64,000 bases of DNA from Nitrosopumilus sp. (lineage in GTDB: Archaea; Thermoproteota; Nitrososphaeria; Nitrososphaerales; Nitrosopumilaceae): positions 1,024,001 through 1,088,000 of the forward strand of contig OZ252243.1 of assembly GCA_965249555.1 (NCBI GenBank), in the 5' to 3' direction. Position 1 is the first letter of the stretch. Each line of letters starts with the position of its first letter. The notes beneath the pieces were generated by a model, which saw nothing but the letters and a program-made list of their open reading frames with translations, had not been told where the DNA came from and searched no databases. Positions 20,771 through 30,914 of the stretch are shown here, in pieces. A program made the translations under genes and the position numbers.

Positions 20771-21265
20771 ATGAGCAAGCCCGGCAATATCTGGAGAAAG
20801 GTTCATGGTAAAGTTACAAAAAAACCAACTAACTTTTCTTGGTTAATTGAAGAAAAATTAGCTGGTTCTGGAATGCCAACAAGTTTTGATGAATTTGGTT
20901 GGCTTCTAAATCAAGGAGTAAAATCAATTGTAACTATGACTGAGAATGCTTTACCTGATAACTGGATAAAAAATGTTAATTATCTTCATGTGCCAACTCC
21001 TGATCTTACTGCACCTGATATGGATAAAATAGATTCAGCAGTAGATTTTATCCATGAACAAATCAAAAATGATCAAGCAGTAATGGTTCATTGTGCTGCT
21101 GGAATGGGAAGAGCAGGAACAATTCTTGCATGCTACTTTATAAAATACAAAGAATTTTCAACAGATGAAGCAATTAAAAAAATTCGAGATGAGAGACCTG
21201 GTTCTATTCAATCTGAAGTACAAGAGTTGGCTATCGGTTTTTATGAAAAACATATAAAAAATTAG
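20771..21265 (+). CDS. Dual-specificity protein phosphatase
   Basis: VHCAAGMGRAG (CX5R), RPGSIQ. Confidence 0.93.
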   Translation: MSKPGNIWRKVHGKVTKKPTNFSWLIEEKLAGSGMPTSFDEFGWLLNQGVKSIVTMTENALPDNWIKNVNYLHVPTPDLTAPDMDKIDSAVDFIHEQIKNDQAVMVHCAAGMGRAGTILACYFIKYKEFSTDEAIKKIRDERPGSIQSEVQELAIGFYEKHIKN

Positions 21266-21266
21266 T

Positions 21267-21413
21267 TTAGACGAATTCTGAAACTAGTTTTCCATCAACA
21301 ATTTTAATCTTCAAGGTTTTGTTATCTTCAAAGATCAAAGTTAATCCGCCTTCTGAATCAGGATCTTCAACCTTTACAAGTTCTACCATTTTGATTGAAT
21401 CATATTTTTTCAT
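21267..21413 (-). CDS. 48-aa microprotein, paralog B (not in ORF track)
   Basis: MKKYDSIKMVELVKVEDPDSEGGLTLIFEDNKTLKIKIVDGKLVSEFV; AGGTGA SD 6 nt upstream; similar to its neighbour. Confidence 0.75.
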   Translation of the reverse strand: MKKYDSIKMVELVKVEDPDSEGGLTLIFEDNKTLKIKIVDGKLVSEFV

Positions 21414-21423
21414 TCATGTTCAC

Positions 21424-21576
21424 CTACTCTGGAATCGATATGGTATCGATTTTCCCATCAACTACTTTTATGAACAAAAATCTATTGTCTTTAATAATAA
21501 AGGTAATTCCACCTTCCTTATCAGGTTCTTCTACTTCAAGTATTGGTTGTCCTAGTAGTCCATCGTATTTTGCCAT
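21424..21576 (-). CDS. 50-aa microprotein, paralog A (not in ORF track)
   Basis: MAKYDGLLGQPILEVEEPDKEGGITFIIKDNRFLFIKVVDGKIDTISIPE. Confidence 0.75.
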   Translation of the reverse strand: MAKYDGLLGQPILEVEEPDKEGGITFIIKDNRFLFIKVVDGKIDTISIPE

Positions 21577-21606
21577 GTTGATTCAAACAAAAAGTTCCTT
21601 ATATCC

Positions 21607-22143
21607 CTAATTGATTGTGATCTCAATTTCGTTGGAATTGTTTTTGACACTTCCTGGCTCTGTATAGTCATGCTTTTGCCACGAAGCAAATGCTTCAGAC
21701 CTAATCTTATGTTTACCTTTTCCCAAATCTGATGCTTTGAATACAAATTTTTCATTAAAGTCAAATAATTCCTGTCTTACCTCTTCTCCTGAAAGTCTGA
21801 TAAATGGCTCAAAGTTTTTGGCTACCTGAACCCAAATTCTTTTGTCTTTGTTTGGATTTACCAGTTTTGGATTTCTAGTCCAAAAGATTGATGCCTTTCT
21901 ATAGGTGTCAACAGTACTGCCTAATTCCTTCTTTCTAATTCCACCTGACGTCAATTTCACACCATATTTCAATTTGAATCCAACATCATTGTTGTTGTAT
22001 GCTTTTGTCCAATTTTCCTCGTTAAACGCATCTCTAATGCCTCCTTCAACTAAAAACTGGACATTAATCTCAATATTATCATCTGATGAGTACTCATCAT
22101 TGGATTTTACTAGATGAATCTCTGAAATCTTGCTTTCTCCCAT
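21607..22143 (-). CDS. Hypothetical protein
   Basis: 178-aa ORF with normal composition; fills the gap before rpo11. Confidence 0.75.
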   Translation of the reverse strand: MGESKISEIHLVKSNDEYSSDDNIEINVQFLVEGGIRDAFNEENWTKAYNNNDVGFKLKYGVKLTSGGIRKKELGSTVDTYRKASIFWTRNPKLVNPNKDKRIWVQVAKNFEPFIRLSGEEVRQELFDFNEKFVFKASDLGKGKHKIRSEAFASWQKHDYTEPGSVKNNSNEIEITIN

Positions 22144-22194
22144 GCTAATCGCTCATAATGATTTATATCCACAATAAGTTCTTTTTCCGATTAC

Positions 22195-22473
22195 ATGGAT
22201 GCTCAAGTACTTACTTTAGAACCAAAAAAACTTAGTATTTCAATAAAAGAGGCTGATATAGGAATTTTATATATTATTCAACATGAGCTTCTAAAGGAAT
22301 CCAAAGTCGATTTTGCAGGAGTTATTGTAAAACATCCCCTTACAGATGAAATATGGATGAGAATCAATACTAGCACAAAACCACTAGGAGAGATCAAAAA
22401 AGCTACAGATTCTACAATAAAAACATCAGAAGAATACAAAAAATTATTTAATTCTAAAATTAAGGTAAATTAG
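22195..22473 (+). CDS. rpo11: RNA polymerase subunit Rpo11 (RpoL)
   Basis: VDFAGVIVKHPL motif; upstream of tfs and pcn. Confidence 0.85.
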   Translation: MDAQVLTLEPKKLSISIKEADIGILYIIQHELLKESKVDFAGVIVKHPLTDEIWMRINTSTKPLGEIKKATDSTIKTSEEYKKLFNSKIKVN

Positions 22474-22474
22474 A

Positions 22475-22792
22475 TTGAAATTTTGCCCCAAATGTGAGGT
22501 CAAATTAAAAAAGAGTATTTCTGGCCTTCAATGTTCAAAATGTGGTTATACTGAAGGACAAAAAGTAAAGGAAACAAAAAAAATCACTAACGAAGAAGAA
22601 CCAGATTTTTCACTTCTTGCTTTTGAAGGAAATGAAGGAGAAGAATCATATTCAACAATCAAAATGGACTGTGAAAAATGTGGACATAATGAAGCAGTTT
22701 GGTGGATGTTTCAAACTAGAAGTGCAGATGAACCTACAACTCGATTTTATCGTTGTTCAAAATGCAAACACACTTGGCGTGATTACACATAA
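22475..22792 (+). CDS. tfs: Transcription factor S (TFS)
   Basis: FCPKC..CSKC and CEKC..QTRSADEP..CSKC. Confidence 0.93.
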   Translation: MKFCPKCEVKLKKSISGLQCSKCGYTEGQKVKETKKITNEEEPDFSLLAFEGNEGEESYSTIKMDCEKCGHNEAVWWMFQTRSADEPTTRFYRCSKCKHTWRDYT

Positions 22793-22826
22793 CGTTTAAC
22801 TTGAACGTAAAGTCAACAAAGTTGAT

Positions 22827-23573
22827 TTGACTTTTGGAGCAAAAACAAGTGGTTCAGACGATCTAAAGGCAATAATCTCTGCAATATCAACACTTGTTGA
22901 AGAAGCTACTTTTGTTGCAACAGCAGAAGGAATTACTTTTAGAGGAATGGATCCATCACATGTTGCACTTATTGATATATCATGGCCTAATTCTGCATTT
23001 GAAAAATATGAATGCGATAGTGATATAAAATTTGGAGTACGAATAGATGAATTTTCAAAACTTATCAAAAGAGCAGACAAAAAAGATAGTATAGAGATTA
23101 GTATCTCTGAGCAAAATATGTTACTTGTAACAGTTGGAAAAAATAAAAAATATAAAATGCGTTTAATTGAAAGTTCAGCAACTGATACCCCATTACCAAA
23201 AATTCCTTATGATTCAAAAATTACTTTGTCTTCTTCAAAATTTGATAAAGTTCTTGGTGATGTACAAGTTGTATCTGATTATTTAACAATTCAGACATCT
23301 GATTCAAAAGCAGATTTTTCAGGCAAAGGTGACTCTGGTGAAGTCGTAATTGATCTTGACAAAGATGATGAAGATATTGAAGAAATTTTTTCAAAAGCAG
23401 ATAGTATTGGTACTTACAGTCTTGAATATCTTAATCCAGTGATAAAAGCCGTAGGAAGTACTGCAGGCTTGATTACATGTGAGTTTTCGAGCGCAAAGCC
23501 TCTTAGAATTGAATTCAAAGTCGCAAATATTGGTAGAATTCACTTTTACTTGGCTCCACGCGTGGAAAGTTAA
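22827..23573 (+). CDS. pcn: PCNA sliding clamp
   Basis: MDPSHVAL, YSLEYL, FYLAPR. Confidence 0.97.
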   Translation: MTFGAKTSGSDDLKAIISAISTLVEEATFVATAEGITFRGMDPSHVALIDISWPNSAFEKYECDSDIKFGVRIDEFSKLIKRADKKDSIEISISEQNMLLVTVGKNKKYKMRLIESSATDTPLPKIPYDSKITLSSSKFDKVLGDVQVVSDYLTIQTSDSKADFSGKGDSGEVVIDLDKDDEDIEEIFSKADSIGTYSLEYLNPVIKAVGSTAGLITCEFSSAKPLRIEFKVANIGRIHFYLAPRVES

Positions 23574-23608
23574 AGCATTTAAAGATTAACTAATTCAAGT
23601 ATTTTGAA

Positions 23609-25012
23609 ATGAGACTTGTAATAAAATATGGTGGAACATCAATTTCTACTACTAAAGACATTCAAGATGTAGCTAAACACATTAACTCATTATCAAAAAA
23701 ACATCAAATTCTAGTTGTTTGTTCTGCAATAAGTGGAACTACTGATGATCTTATAGAAATATCTGAGTCAATAAAAAAAGAAAATAAATCAAAAGCTGAA
23801 CAACTTGCGGTAAAAATTATCAATAGACATAAACAATTAGCAAAACAAACAATCAAAAAGTCTGATACACGAAAAAAATTGCTAACAGAACTAGATCTAG
23901 ACTTTACAGAACTTCTTGCATTAATTGATGGAATGGTATTACTGGGTGAAGTTACACCCAGATCAATGGACTATCTAATTTCATTTGGTGAAAGATTATC
24001 AATACAATTAGTTTCCTCAGCAATTAATGATTCAGGTAAAAAATCAATTTCTCTTACTGGCAAAGAAGTAGGAATTGTAACTGATTCTAACTTTGGTGAA
24101 TCCAGACCACTTTTTGATACAACAAGACTGAGAGTATCAAAGACAGTAGATACATTGTTCTCAAAGAAAACAATTCCTGTTGTAGGAGGATTTGCAGGTG
24201 CAGATCAACATGGACATGTAACTACATTTGGTAGAGGAGGTTCTGATTATACTGCAACAACTATTGGTTCTTGTATTAAAGCAGACGAGATTTGGTTGAT
24301 GAGTGATGTAGATGGACTCATGACAGCAGATCCAAAAATTGTTAAAAATGCAAAATTACTCAAAGAAGTATCATACATAGAAGCAATTGAAATGGCTATG
24401 TTTGGTGCAAAGCAGATACACCCACGAACGTTTGAGCCTCTATTAACAAAGAAAATCCCAATGAAGATTAGAAATTCTTTCAATGTAAAAAATGAAGGAA
24501 CTCTAGTAACTGTATCTACTTCTTCATCTGCTAAAAATACCGTAAAATGTGTAAGTAATGTTCGAAATAATGGGTTAATCGATATTCAGGGTGGTAGTAT
24601 GGTTGGAACACCAGGAACTGCAGCCAAGATATTTACAACATTGGCAAAATCCGGAATAAATGTAATGATGATCTCACAAAATCCTTCAGAATCAAGCATT
24701 ACAATTGTAGTAAAGAATACAGATCTTGACAAAGCAGTTAGTGCATTAGAAATAGAATTATTAGGAAAAATTATCAAAAAACTAGAAGTCACTACAAATG
24801 TAGCTATTATTGCATTAATTGGTTCAGGTATGCGAGGAACTGTTGGAGTAGCCTCAAAAGTTTTTGGAGCAATTGAGAAAAACAAAGTTAACGTATCAAT
24901 GATTACTCAAGGTTCATCTGAGCTTAATCTTGCATTTGTTGTAAAAAATTCTGATGCAAATGCAGCAGTAAAAGCTCTACATAATGAATTTACACTTGAT
25001 AAAATTAACTAA
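23609..25012 (+). CDS. lysC: Aspartate kinase
   Basis: KYGGTS, SFGERLS, GRGGSDYTA, DVDG..ADP, two ACT domains. Confidence 0.95.
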   Translation: MRLVIKYGGTSISTTKDIQDVAKHINSLSKKHQILVVCSAISGTTDDLIEISESIKKENKSKAEQLAVKIINRHKQLAKQTIKKSDTRKKLLTELDLDFTELLALIDGMVLLGEVTPRSMDYLISFGERLSIQLVSSAINDSGKKSISLTGKEVGIVTDSNFGESRPLFDTTRLRVSKTVDTLFSKKTIPVVGGFAGADQHGHVTTFGRGGSDYTATTIGSCIKADEIWLMSDVDGLMTADPKIVKNAKLLKEVSYIEAIEMAMFGAKQIHPRTFEPLLTKKIPMKIRNSFNVKNEGTLVTVSTSSSAKNTVKCVSNVRNNGLIDIQGGSMVGTPGTAAKIFTTLAKSGINVMMISQNPSESSITIVVKNTDLDKAVSALEIELLGKIIKKLEVTTNVAIIALIGSGMRGTVGVASKVFGAIEKNKVNVSMITQGSSELNLAFVVKNSDANAAVKALHNEFTLDKIN

Positions 25013-25050
25013 GACAAAATCATTTAAGGGAATAAATTCAATCAGATTTA

Positions 25051-26514
25051 TTGAACAAACAAATTACTATTTTAGTTATTGTAATTTTTGTAGCTAGTAT
25101 TATTTCTATTTCTTCAATATCTGATCAATTTGTAGATGCAGGTTCTAGGAAAAAAATCCACTTTACTCAAACTGTTACCTCTTCTCAAGATCCAGGACAA
25201 GGACATCAAAATCACCAATTGGCACTTATCCTATCGCCGAACGAAGGAACCCTTTATGATGGTTCAATGACCTTTACCTCAAGTAAACCTGTTCAGATAA
25301 TGGTTTTACACGAAATTAACTCTCAAGAGGCAAAAGGCCAACCTACTTGGACTGTTGATGGAAATACCGTTTATGGCTTATCCCTCATTGATTTGGAGGA
25401 AAATTCAGGTTCTTTTGAGTTTACAGGAGCTGCACTTGCATTGCATTCATCTAATTCAAAAGAATTCACTGTAACTGTTAGTGTTGATGGTTGGATACGA
25501 GGACAACCTACTGAAGTTATAATGCAAAAAATTGAATTAGAAAAAGAAGATCCTTCATTGTTACTTTCAAAAACAAATGTTCCAGCTACAATCCCAATGC
25601 ATAAAGGAATTCATGGAGGAAATCAAATTCTTTACATTATAACTGATAGTAGTGATGAAGATTATGCAAAAACACTCTCTGAAAAACAAGGATGGAATGT
25701 TGAACTTGCTCCAGCCATTACAAATGTACCCGAAGATGCTCTTCAAAAATTATTTATTTTTAAAAATGGAATTAAAGGTGATGGAATTTATGGATTCCAA
25801 GATGAAGTATTTTCTAGTACCCCATCACAAGAATCACAATACAGTGCATTGAGTTCTGTAATTGAAGTTACATGGAAAATAGGTCAAAAAGAAATAATGT
25901 TTGAATCTGCAGCTGATGTAATTGCCGCTGAAGAAGGTGGCAGAATTGAATTTAATGAAACAGGAATTGTTCTTAACACTCCTCAAATTGTTTGGCCTGA
26001 TGGACAGATGATGGTACGTTCTGATAAAGAAATTACAGATGAAATGTCATACGGTGGTGGTCAGATAATTGAAATCAATAAGGAAGAATTGACTGTAACT
26101 TTTGTGGCTCATAGAGGCTGGGGACCTGACGGAAGAACAATCTACTATATTGTTACTGATGCCACTCCCTCAAAACCTGCAGAAACAATGGGAGTTGTTT
26201 CATCTCCTGCTTCTGCAAATCTAATAGCTCATTCTGGAGCAGTTGATCTTTTCCAATTTAAAAATGGAATTAAAGGCTCTGGTCCACTAGGATTCCAACC
26301 AGGAATTGCTGGTGCTGCTCTTGGTGATACAAATTACAGCCCAATGTGGAGAATTTATCTAGTTGAATGGAATGATGCAAAATCCGCAAAAATTCTAGAG
26401 ACAAAATCAGATATTGATTCATTTCGTGCAGATGATTTGATATCTGTAAGCATTGCACGACCAACTAATAGTGATCATATAGTTAATTGCCCATTCATAG
26501 ATCCATTCCAATAG
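25051..26514 (+). CDS. Secreted/anchored protein with two internal repeat domains
   Basis: N-terminal hydrophobic helix; duplicated YI(I/V)TD..FKNGIKGxG..GFQ..YS..W..N(T/C)P. Confidence 0.8.
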   Translation: MNKQITILVIVIFVASIISISSISDQFVDAGSRKKIHFTQTVTSSQDPGQGHQNHQLALILSPNEGTLYDGSMTFTSSKPVQIMVLHEINSQEAKGQPTWTVDGNTVYGLSLIDLEENSGSFEFTGAALALHSSNSKEFTVTVSVDGWIRGQPTEVIMQKIELEKEDPSLLLSKTNVPATIPMHKGIHGGNQILYIITDSSDEDYAKTLSEKQGWNVELAPAITNVPEDALQKLFIFKNGIKGDGIYGFQDEVFSSTPSQESQYSALSSVIEVTWKIGQKEIMFESAADVIAAEEGGRIEFNETGIVLNTPQIVWPDGQMMVRSDKEITDEMSYGGGQIIEINKEELTVTFVAHRGWGPDGRTIYYIVTDATPSKPAETMGVVSSPASANLIAHSGAVDLFQFKNGIKGSGPLGFQPGIAGAALGDTNYSPMWRIYLVEWNDAKSAKILETKSDIDSFRADDLISVSIARPTNSDHIVNCPFIDPFQ

Positions 26515-26562
26515 AAATTTCACTAAACGGATAAATTACTTGACAAATAATTTGTTTTAAAA

Positions 26563-27357
26563 TTGACTGGTAAACTCTACATTGTTGGTGTTGGTCCTGG
26601 TGACCATAACCATATGACATTTCGTGCAAAAGAAGTAATTATTGAAAGTGATACAATTGTTGGGTATGAAACTTATGTAAATTTAGTTCAAGACCTGATT
26701 GAAGGTAAAACAGTTTACCGTTATGCAATGACACAAGAAGTTGAAAGAGCTCATCAATGCATTGATCTTGCAAAATCAGGAAAAATTGTTTCACTTGTAT
26801 CAAGTGGAGATCCTGGAATTTATGGAATGGCTGGATTAATTTATGAAACACTTGCTGAAAGTGGTTGGAATCCTAAAGATGATCTACAAGTTGAGATCAT
26901 TCCAGGTGTATCTGCACTAAATTCCTGTGCATCAATAGTTGGTTCACCCTTGATGACTGATTTTGCAGTTGTTAGTATGAGTGACTTGTTAGTCCCATGG
27001 GAAATTATTCAAAAAAGGGTTGAAGCTGCAGCACAAGGTGATTTTGTAATTGTTATTTACAATCCAGCTAGTAAGAAAAGAATTCATCAATTACAAGACA
27101 CTAGAAAAATTCTTCTAAAATATAGAAAACCTACAACCCCTGTTGCAATTATCAAAGGAGCGTTCAGAGAATCTGAAACAATTGTTATGACTGATCTGGA
27201 AAATTTACCTAATCATTCTGATAAATTAGGCATGATTAGTACTGTAATTATTGGAAATTCATCCACATACAATTACAAAGATTTGATGATAAATCCACGA
27301 GGATACAAATCAAAATATAATTTAGAAGAACAAACCAATCCAGATCTAAAAGTCTAG
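26563..27357 (+). CDS. cobJ: Precorrin-3B C17-methyltransferase
   Basis: VGVGPG, SSGDPGIYGMAG, SDLLVPW, YNP, NPRGY. Confidence 0.93.
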   Translation: MTGKLYIVGVGPGDHNHMTFRAKEVIIESDTIVGYETYVNLVQDLIEGKTVYRYAMTQEVERAHQCIDLAKSGKIVSLVSSGDPGIYGMAGLIYETLAESGWNPKDDLQVEIIPGVSALNSCASIVGSPLMTDFAVVSMSDLLVPWEIIQKRVEAAAQGDFVIVIYNPASKKRIHQLQDTRKILLKYRKPTTPVAIIKGAFRESETIVMTDLENLPNHSDKLGMISTVIIGNSSTYNYKDLMINPRGYKSKYNLEEQTNPDLKV

Positions 27358-28400
27358 TGGTTTTTCTTTATTGTCTCGTATAGTTCTTCACTTAGATTTA
27401 GCTTTTCTCTAATTGGAGAAGTTATTTTTACCAAATAACTTCCAACAGTTTGTTTCAAATCCCCTGGATGCAATTTCTTTTCAGCAAAGCCTGTTTCTAA
27501 TTGATTATAATTTGTATATGATACATTCCCGCCAAATTTTTCAGGTCTCTCAACATTCATTTCATTAAACTCATGAAAGATTATTGTTCTTGCAATCTCT
27601 AATAGTGGATTGTTCTGAATATTTGCTTCTTCACACCACGCTTTGCTAATCTTTTTCTTTATTTCATCATCTGTATTATGGATAAAGACACCTGAATTTG
27701 GGTCCGACTTGCTCATCTTTCCTAATATTTGAGAATCACTGGTGTCTGCAGGTTTTGAAAGTCCAGGTAATAGTCTGTGATGAACAGCAACAGGTACTTT
27801 CCATTTCATTTTAGGAAAAATCTCTCTTACTAACATGTGGATCTTTCTCTGATCCATTCCTGAATGAACAATATCTAAATCAAGTGAATGAATATCAACT
27901 GCTTGCATAGGAGGATAAAGTAATTTTGCAAGATCAATCTTTGTTTCATCTTCAGTTCTTCCCATAATAGTTAGAGTACGCATTGTGCGTTTCAGGGACA
28001 TATGTTTAGTGAATTCAATAAACTCCCTCCAGTACTCTTTTTTTGAATCATAAAGCTCAGAACCAAGAACAATATTTACTCCTGGACATACAAGTTTGAA
28101 AGCCTCAGCATAATATTTTGAGACTTTTGTAATAACATCCCAATCACCACCAAGTTTATCATTAATTAGAGTGTGCCAATCTGCAAGAAATACAGTACAC
28201 TTTACTCCAGCTTTCATAAAATCATTAATTTTGAAACCGGTGCTAATCAAACTACCAAGATGTAAGAAACCAGAAATTTCTAAACCAATGTAATGTTTTG
28301 GTGAAGAATTTGTCTTGAATAATTCAATTAATTCATTATGTGTTACTACTTCTTCAGTTGGCGGTCTCTCAATCAAATCTACTTTTTCTAAAATATCCAA
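27354..28400 (-). CDS. tyrS: Tyrosine--tRNA ligase (archaeal type)
   Basis: HLGS (HIGH-like), YPPMQAVD, GMDQRK, KMSKS. Confidence 0.95.
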   Translation of the reverse strand: MDILEKVDLIERPPTEEVVTHNELIELFKTNSSPKHYIGLEISGFLHLGSLISTGFKINDFMKAGVKCTVFLADWHTLINDKLGGDWDVITKVSKYYAEAFKLVCPGVNIVLGSELYDSKKEYWREFIEFTKHMSLKRTMRTLTIMGRTEDETKIDLAKLLYPPMQAVDIHSLDLDIVHSGMDQRKIHMLVREIFPKMKWKVPVAVHHRLLPGLSKPADTSDSQILGKMSKSDPNSGVFIHNTDDEIKKKISKAWCEEANIQNNPLLEIARTIIFHEFNEMNVERPEKFGGNVSYTNYNQLETGFAEKKLHPGDLKQTVGSYLVKITSPIREKLNLSEELYETIKKNH

Positions 28401-28447
28401 ATCAAAACAACTTTTGAGATCTAAGCCTATAAAGTTATTCTAAATTT

Positions 28448-28636
28448 TTACTTACATTTTTTCTTATGTTTTCTTAAATTATCTTCACTCATAAATTCAG
28501 TCCCACAATTTTGACATTTTACTTTTTTCTTGCCATGTGCTTTTTCCTGATGTCTCTTTAATCTTTCAGGATCAGTAAGGATTGTCCCACATTTTTTGCA
28601 TTTTAATTCATTTTTACTGGATCCAAATAATCCCAT
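28448..28636 (-). CDS. Small tandem C2H2-type zinc-finger protein
   Basis: CKKC..H..H and CQNC..H..C. Confidence 0.85.
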   Translation of the reverse strand: MGLFGSSKNELKCKKCGTILTDPERLKRHQEKAHGKKKVKCQNCGTEFMSEDNLRKHKKKCK

Positions 28637-28704
28637 GTCAAAAGTATTTCTACGTACTAGAAAAAATAGTTTTTACGAATATTAACATAAAATACCTGAT
28701 CAAT

Positions 28705-29313
28705 TTATATTTCTGGTTCATCTAAGCTTTTTCTAGGTTTTATGCTAAGATAAAATGCATGAGTACTAATGATAAAACCCGCAAGAAATATTTTTGTTGC
28801 AAAAACTAAATTCCATGGTCTATCTGGATCTGGATAAGCAACTGATAATCTATCGATATCTGGAACTTGTCCATCAATAATTCCTGCAGTAATTTCTGCA
28901 TTTAACACTGTAAAATTGTATAATACTTCATAGAGTGCAATAATTGAAAATCCTAGTAACATTAACTGAAGTAATGCCATCCTTGTACCAACTATTTTGT
29001 TTCCAGCAGTTCTTCTCCAACCAATTCTAGTGACGCAATACCATCCAATTATTGTAGAAAAAAATATCCAAGTTGTCACTCTTGCAAAATTTTCAAAAGG
29101 AATAGTTGTATTGTGAATTGCTTCTCCCATTACATAAGTTCCATTTTCAATCCATTCGATCGTTGTTACATACACACCAAAAACTAGAGATGATACCATG
29201 ATAAATCCACAAACATAAAAAATGTACAGATAAACCTTGTAACCTGCATCAGTTTTTTCAAGATGGCGTGGCTTCATAATGCGATTTCCAAATTTTGAAA
29301 TATAAAAATTCAT
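28705..29313 (-). CDS. Hypothetical multi-pass membrane protein
   Basis: About four hydrophobic helices. Confidence 0.75.
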   Translation of the reverse strand: MNFYISKFGNRIMKPRHLEKTDAGYKVYLYIFYVCGFIMVSSLVFGVYVTTIEWIENGTYVMGEAIHNTTIPFENFARVTTWIFFSTIIGWYCVTRIGWRRTAGNKIVGTRMALLQLMLLGFSIIALYEVLYNFTVLNAEITAGIIDGQVPDIDRLSVAYPDPDRPWNLVFATKIFLAGFIISTHAFYLSIKPRKSLDEPEI

Positions 29314-29358
29314 GCATACACGACGAGATTTATAGACTAGTTATTTACAGAATTACTA

Positions 29359-30441
29359 TTGAAAATTGCAATTAACATTCCTATAGTGGGCAAAGAAGAG
29401 ATTTCTGCAGTAACTTCTATACTTCGAAATGGTGCCTTAACCTCAGCTGCTAATCAAGGAGGCAAACATGTTCAAGCTTTTGAAAATTCAGTAGCCTCTT
29501 TTGTAAAATCCAAATATGCAATTGCTGTCAATTCTGGCACTGCTGCCTTACAGGCAGCTCTTTATGCATTGGATATTAAAAAAGGTGATGAAGTTCTAGT
29601 TCCATCATTTACTTTTGTTGCTACAGCAAATGCCATTGTATCAACAGGAGCAAAACCTGTTTTTGTTGATATTCTAAAAGAAAACTATACTATAGATTCA
29701 GATGATCTACAAAAAAAGATAACAAAAAAAACCCGTGCTATAATACCTGTTCATCTTTATGGAAATGTAGCAAATATAGAAAGACTCTCTGAAATCACTA
29801 AAAAATATAATCTTCCTATCATTGAAGATTCTGCACAGTCTTTAGGTTCTACCTACAAAGGAAAACATACTGGCACTTTCTTTGAAATGGGATGTTATAG
29901 TATGTATCCTGCAAAGGTAATGACTTCTGGAGAAGGTGGTTTTATTGTAACCAACAACAAAAAACTTAGAGACAAATTATTGATGATTAGAAATCATGGA
30001 ATGATTCATGGATATGATACAAGAGTATTTGGCTTAAACTTGCGATTGCCTGAAATCAATGCTGCAATTGCAACTATTCAAATGAAAAAACTTCCAAACT
30101 TTCTAAAGTCTAGGAAAAATAATGCAACACTTTTATCAAAATTAATTTCTGATCTTAAAATTAAGCTTCCTCACCAACAAAAAAATGAAAGTGTTAATTG
30201 GTATCTCTATACTATTGCAACTGAAAAACGTGATAAACTTTTGAAAAAACTTAACGAAAAAGGAATTGGTGCTGCATCTTACTATCCTACACCAGTTCAT
30301 AAGACTCCATATTACAAATTAAATACAAAACTTCCTGTTACTGATTGGGCTGCATCACATGTAATTTCTTTACCAATTCATCCAAAAGTAACTCAAAAAA
30401 ATATTGAATTCATTGCAAAGACTATGCGTGATATACTGTGA
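29359..30441 (+). CDS. DegT/DnrJ/EryC1/StrS aminotransferase
   Basis: NSGTAAL, PVHLYG, EDSAQ, SMYPAK..GEGG, SLPIHP. Confidence 0.93.
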   Translation: MKIAINIPIVGKEEISAVTSILRNGALTSAANQGGKHVQAFENSVASFVKSKYAIAVNSGTAALQAALYALDIKKGDEVLVPSFTFVATANAIVSTGAKPVFVDILKENYTIDSDDLQKKITKKTRAIIPVHLYGNVANIERLSEITKKYNLPIIEDSAQSLGSTYKGKHTGTFFEMGCYSMYPAKVMTSGEGGFIVTNNKKLRDKLLMIRNHGMIHGYDTRVFGLNLRLPEINAAIATIQMKKLPNFLKSRKNNATLLSKLISDLKIKLPHQQKNESVNWYLYTIATEKRDKLLKKLNEKGIGAASYYPTPVHKTPYYKLNTKLPVTDWAASHVISLPIHPKVTQKNIEFIAKTMRDIL

Positions 30442-30914
30442 ATATTCTAGGCGAGAAAATTGGAGAATTATGTAAGATTATTTTACCTATTCCTGAGGAG
30501 TCTTATCAAGGAAATCTTAATTCATCAATTGCAGTTTGTACGCTTTCAAGCATAGATTTACTCAAAAAGTTTGCAAATTCTGAACTTCTAAATCACATAT
30601 CAATAGTAGGAAGACTACTTTCTGAAAATAAAGGCATTGATTCGATTATCAAACATGTAAATAAAAATAAAAAAATTACCACTATCATAGTTTGTGGAAA
30701 AGAAGTTTGGGGTCATAAAGCTGGTCATTCATTATTTAAATTATACAAAAATGGAGTTGATAAAAATAATAGAATAATTAATTCAACTAGTCCAGATCCA
30801 TATCTTACAGTTTCTAAATCTCAGATACAATATTTTCAAAATAATATAACTCTTGTAAATTTAATCAATGAAACTGATTTTGAAACAATTTTTGATAAAA
30901 TTAGAATTTCCTAG
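30438..30914 (+). CDS. MtrA-like (corrinoid-binding subunit A) domain protein
   Basis: AVCTLSS, SENKGID, CGKEVWGHKAGHSL, NGVD..RII..PYL. Confidence 0.8.
   Translation: MNILGEKIGELCKIILPIPEESYQGNLNSSIAVCTLSSIDLLKKFANSELLNHISIVGRLLSENKGIDSIIKHVNKNKKITTIIVCGKEVWGHKAGHSLFKLYKNGVDKNNRIINSTSPDPYLTVSKSQIQYFQNNITLVNLINETDFETIFDKIRIS

Noticed and set aside
21319-21764. Track ORFs 21319-21555, 21395-21610 and 21552-21764
   Set aside because: Better explained by the two paralogous minus-strand microproteins and the 178-aa gene.
30438-30914. MtrA-like gene as evidence of methanogenesis
   Set aside because: No other mtr or mcr genes in the window, no membrane anchor, and the context is thaumarchaeal.
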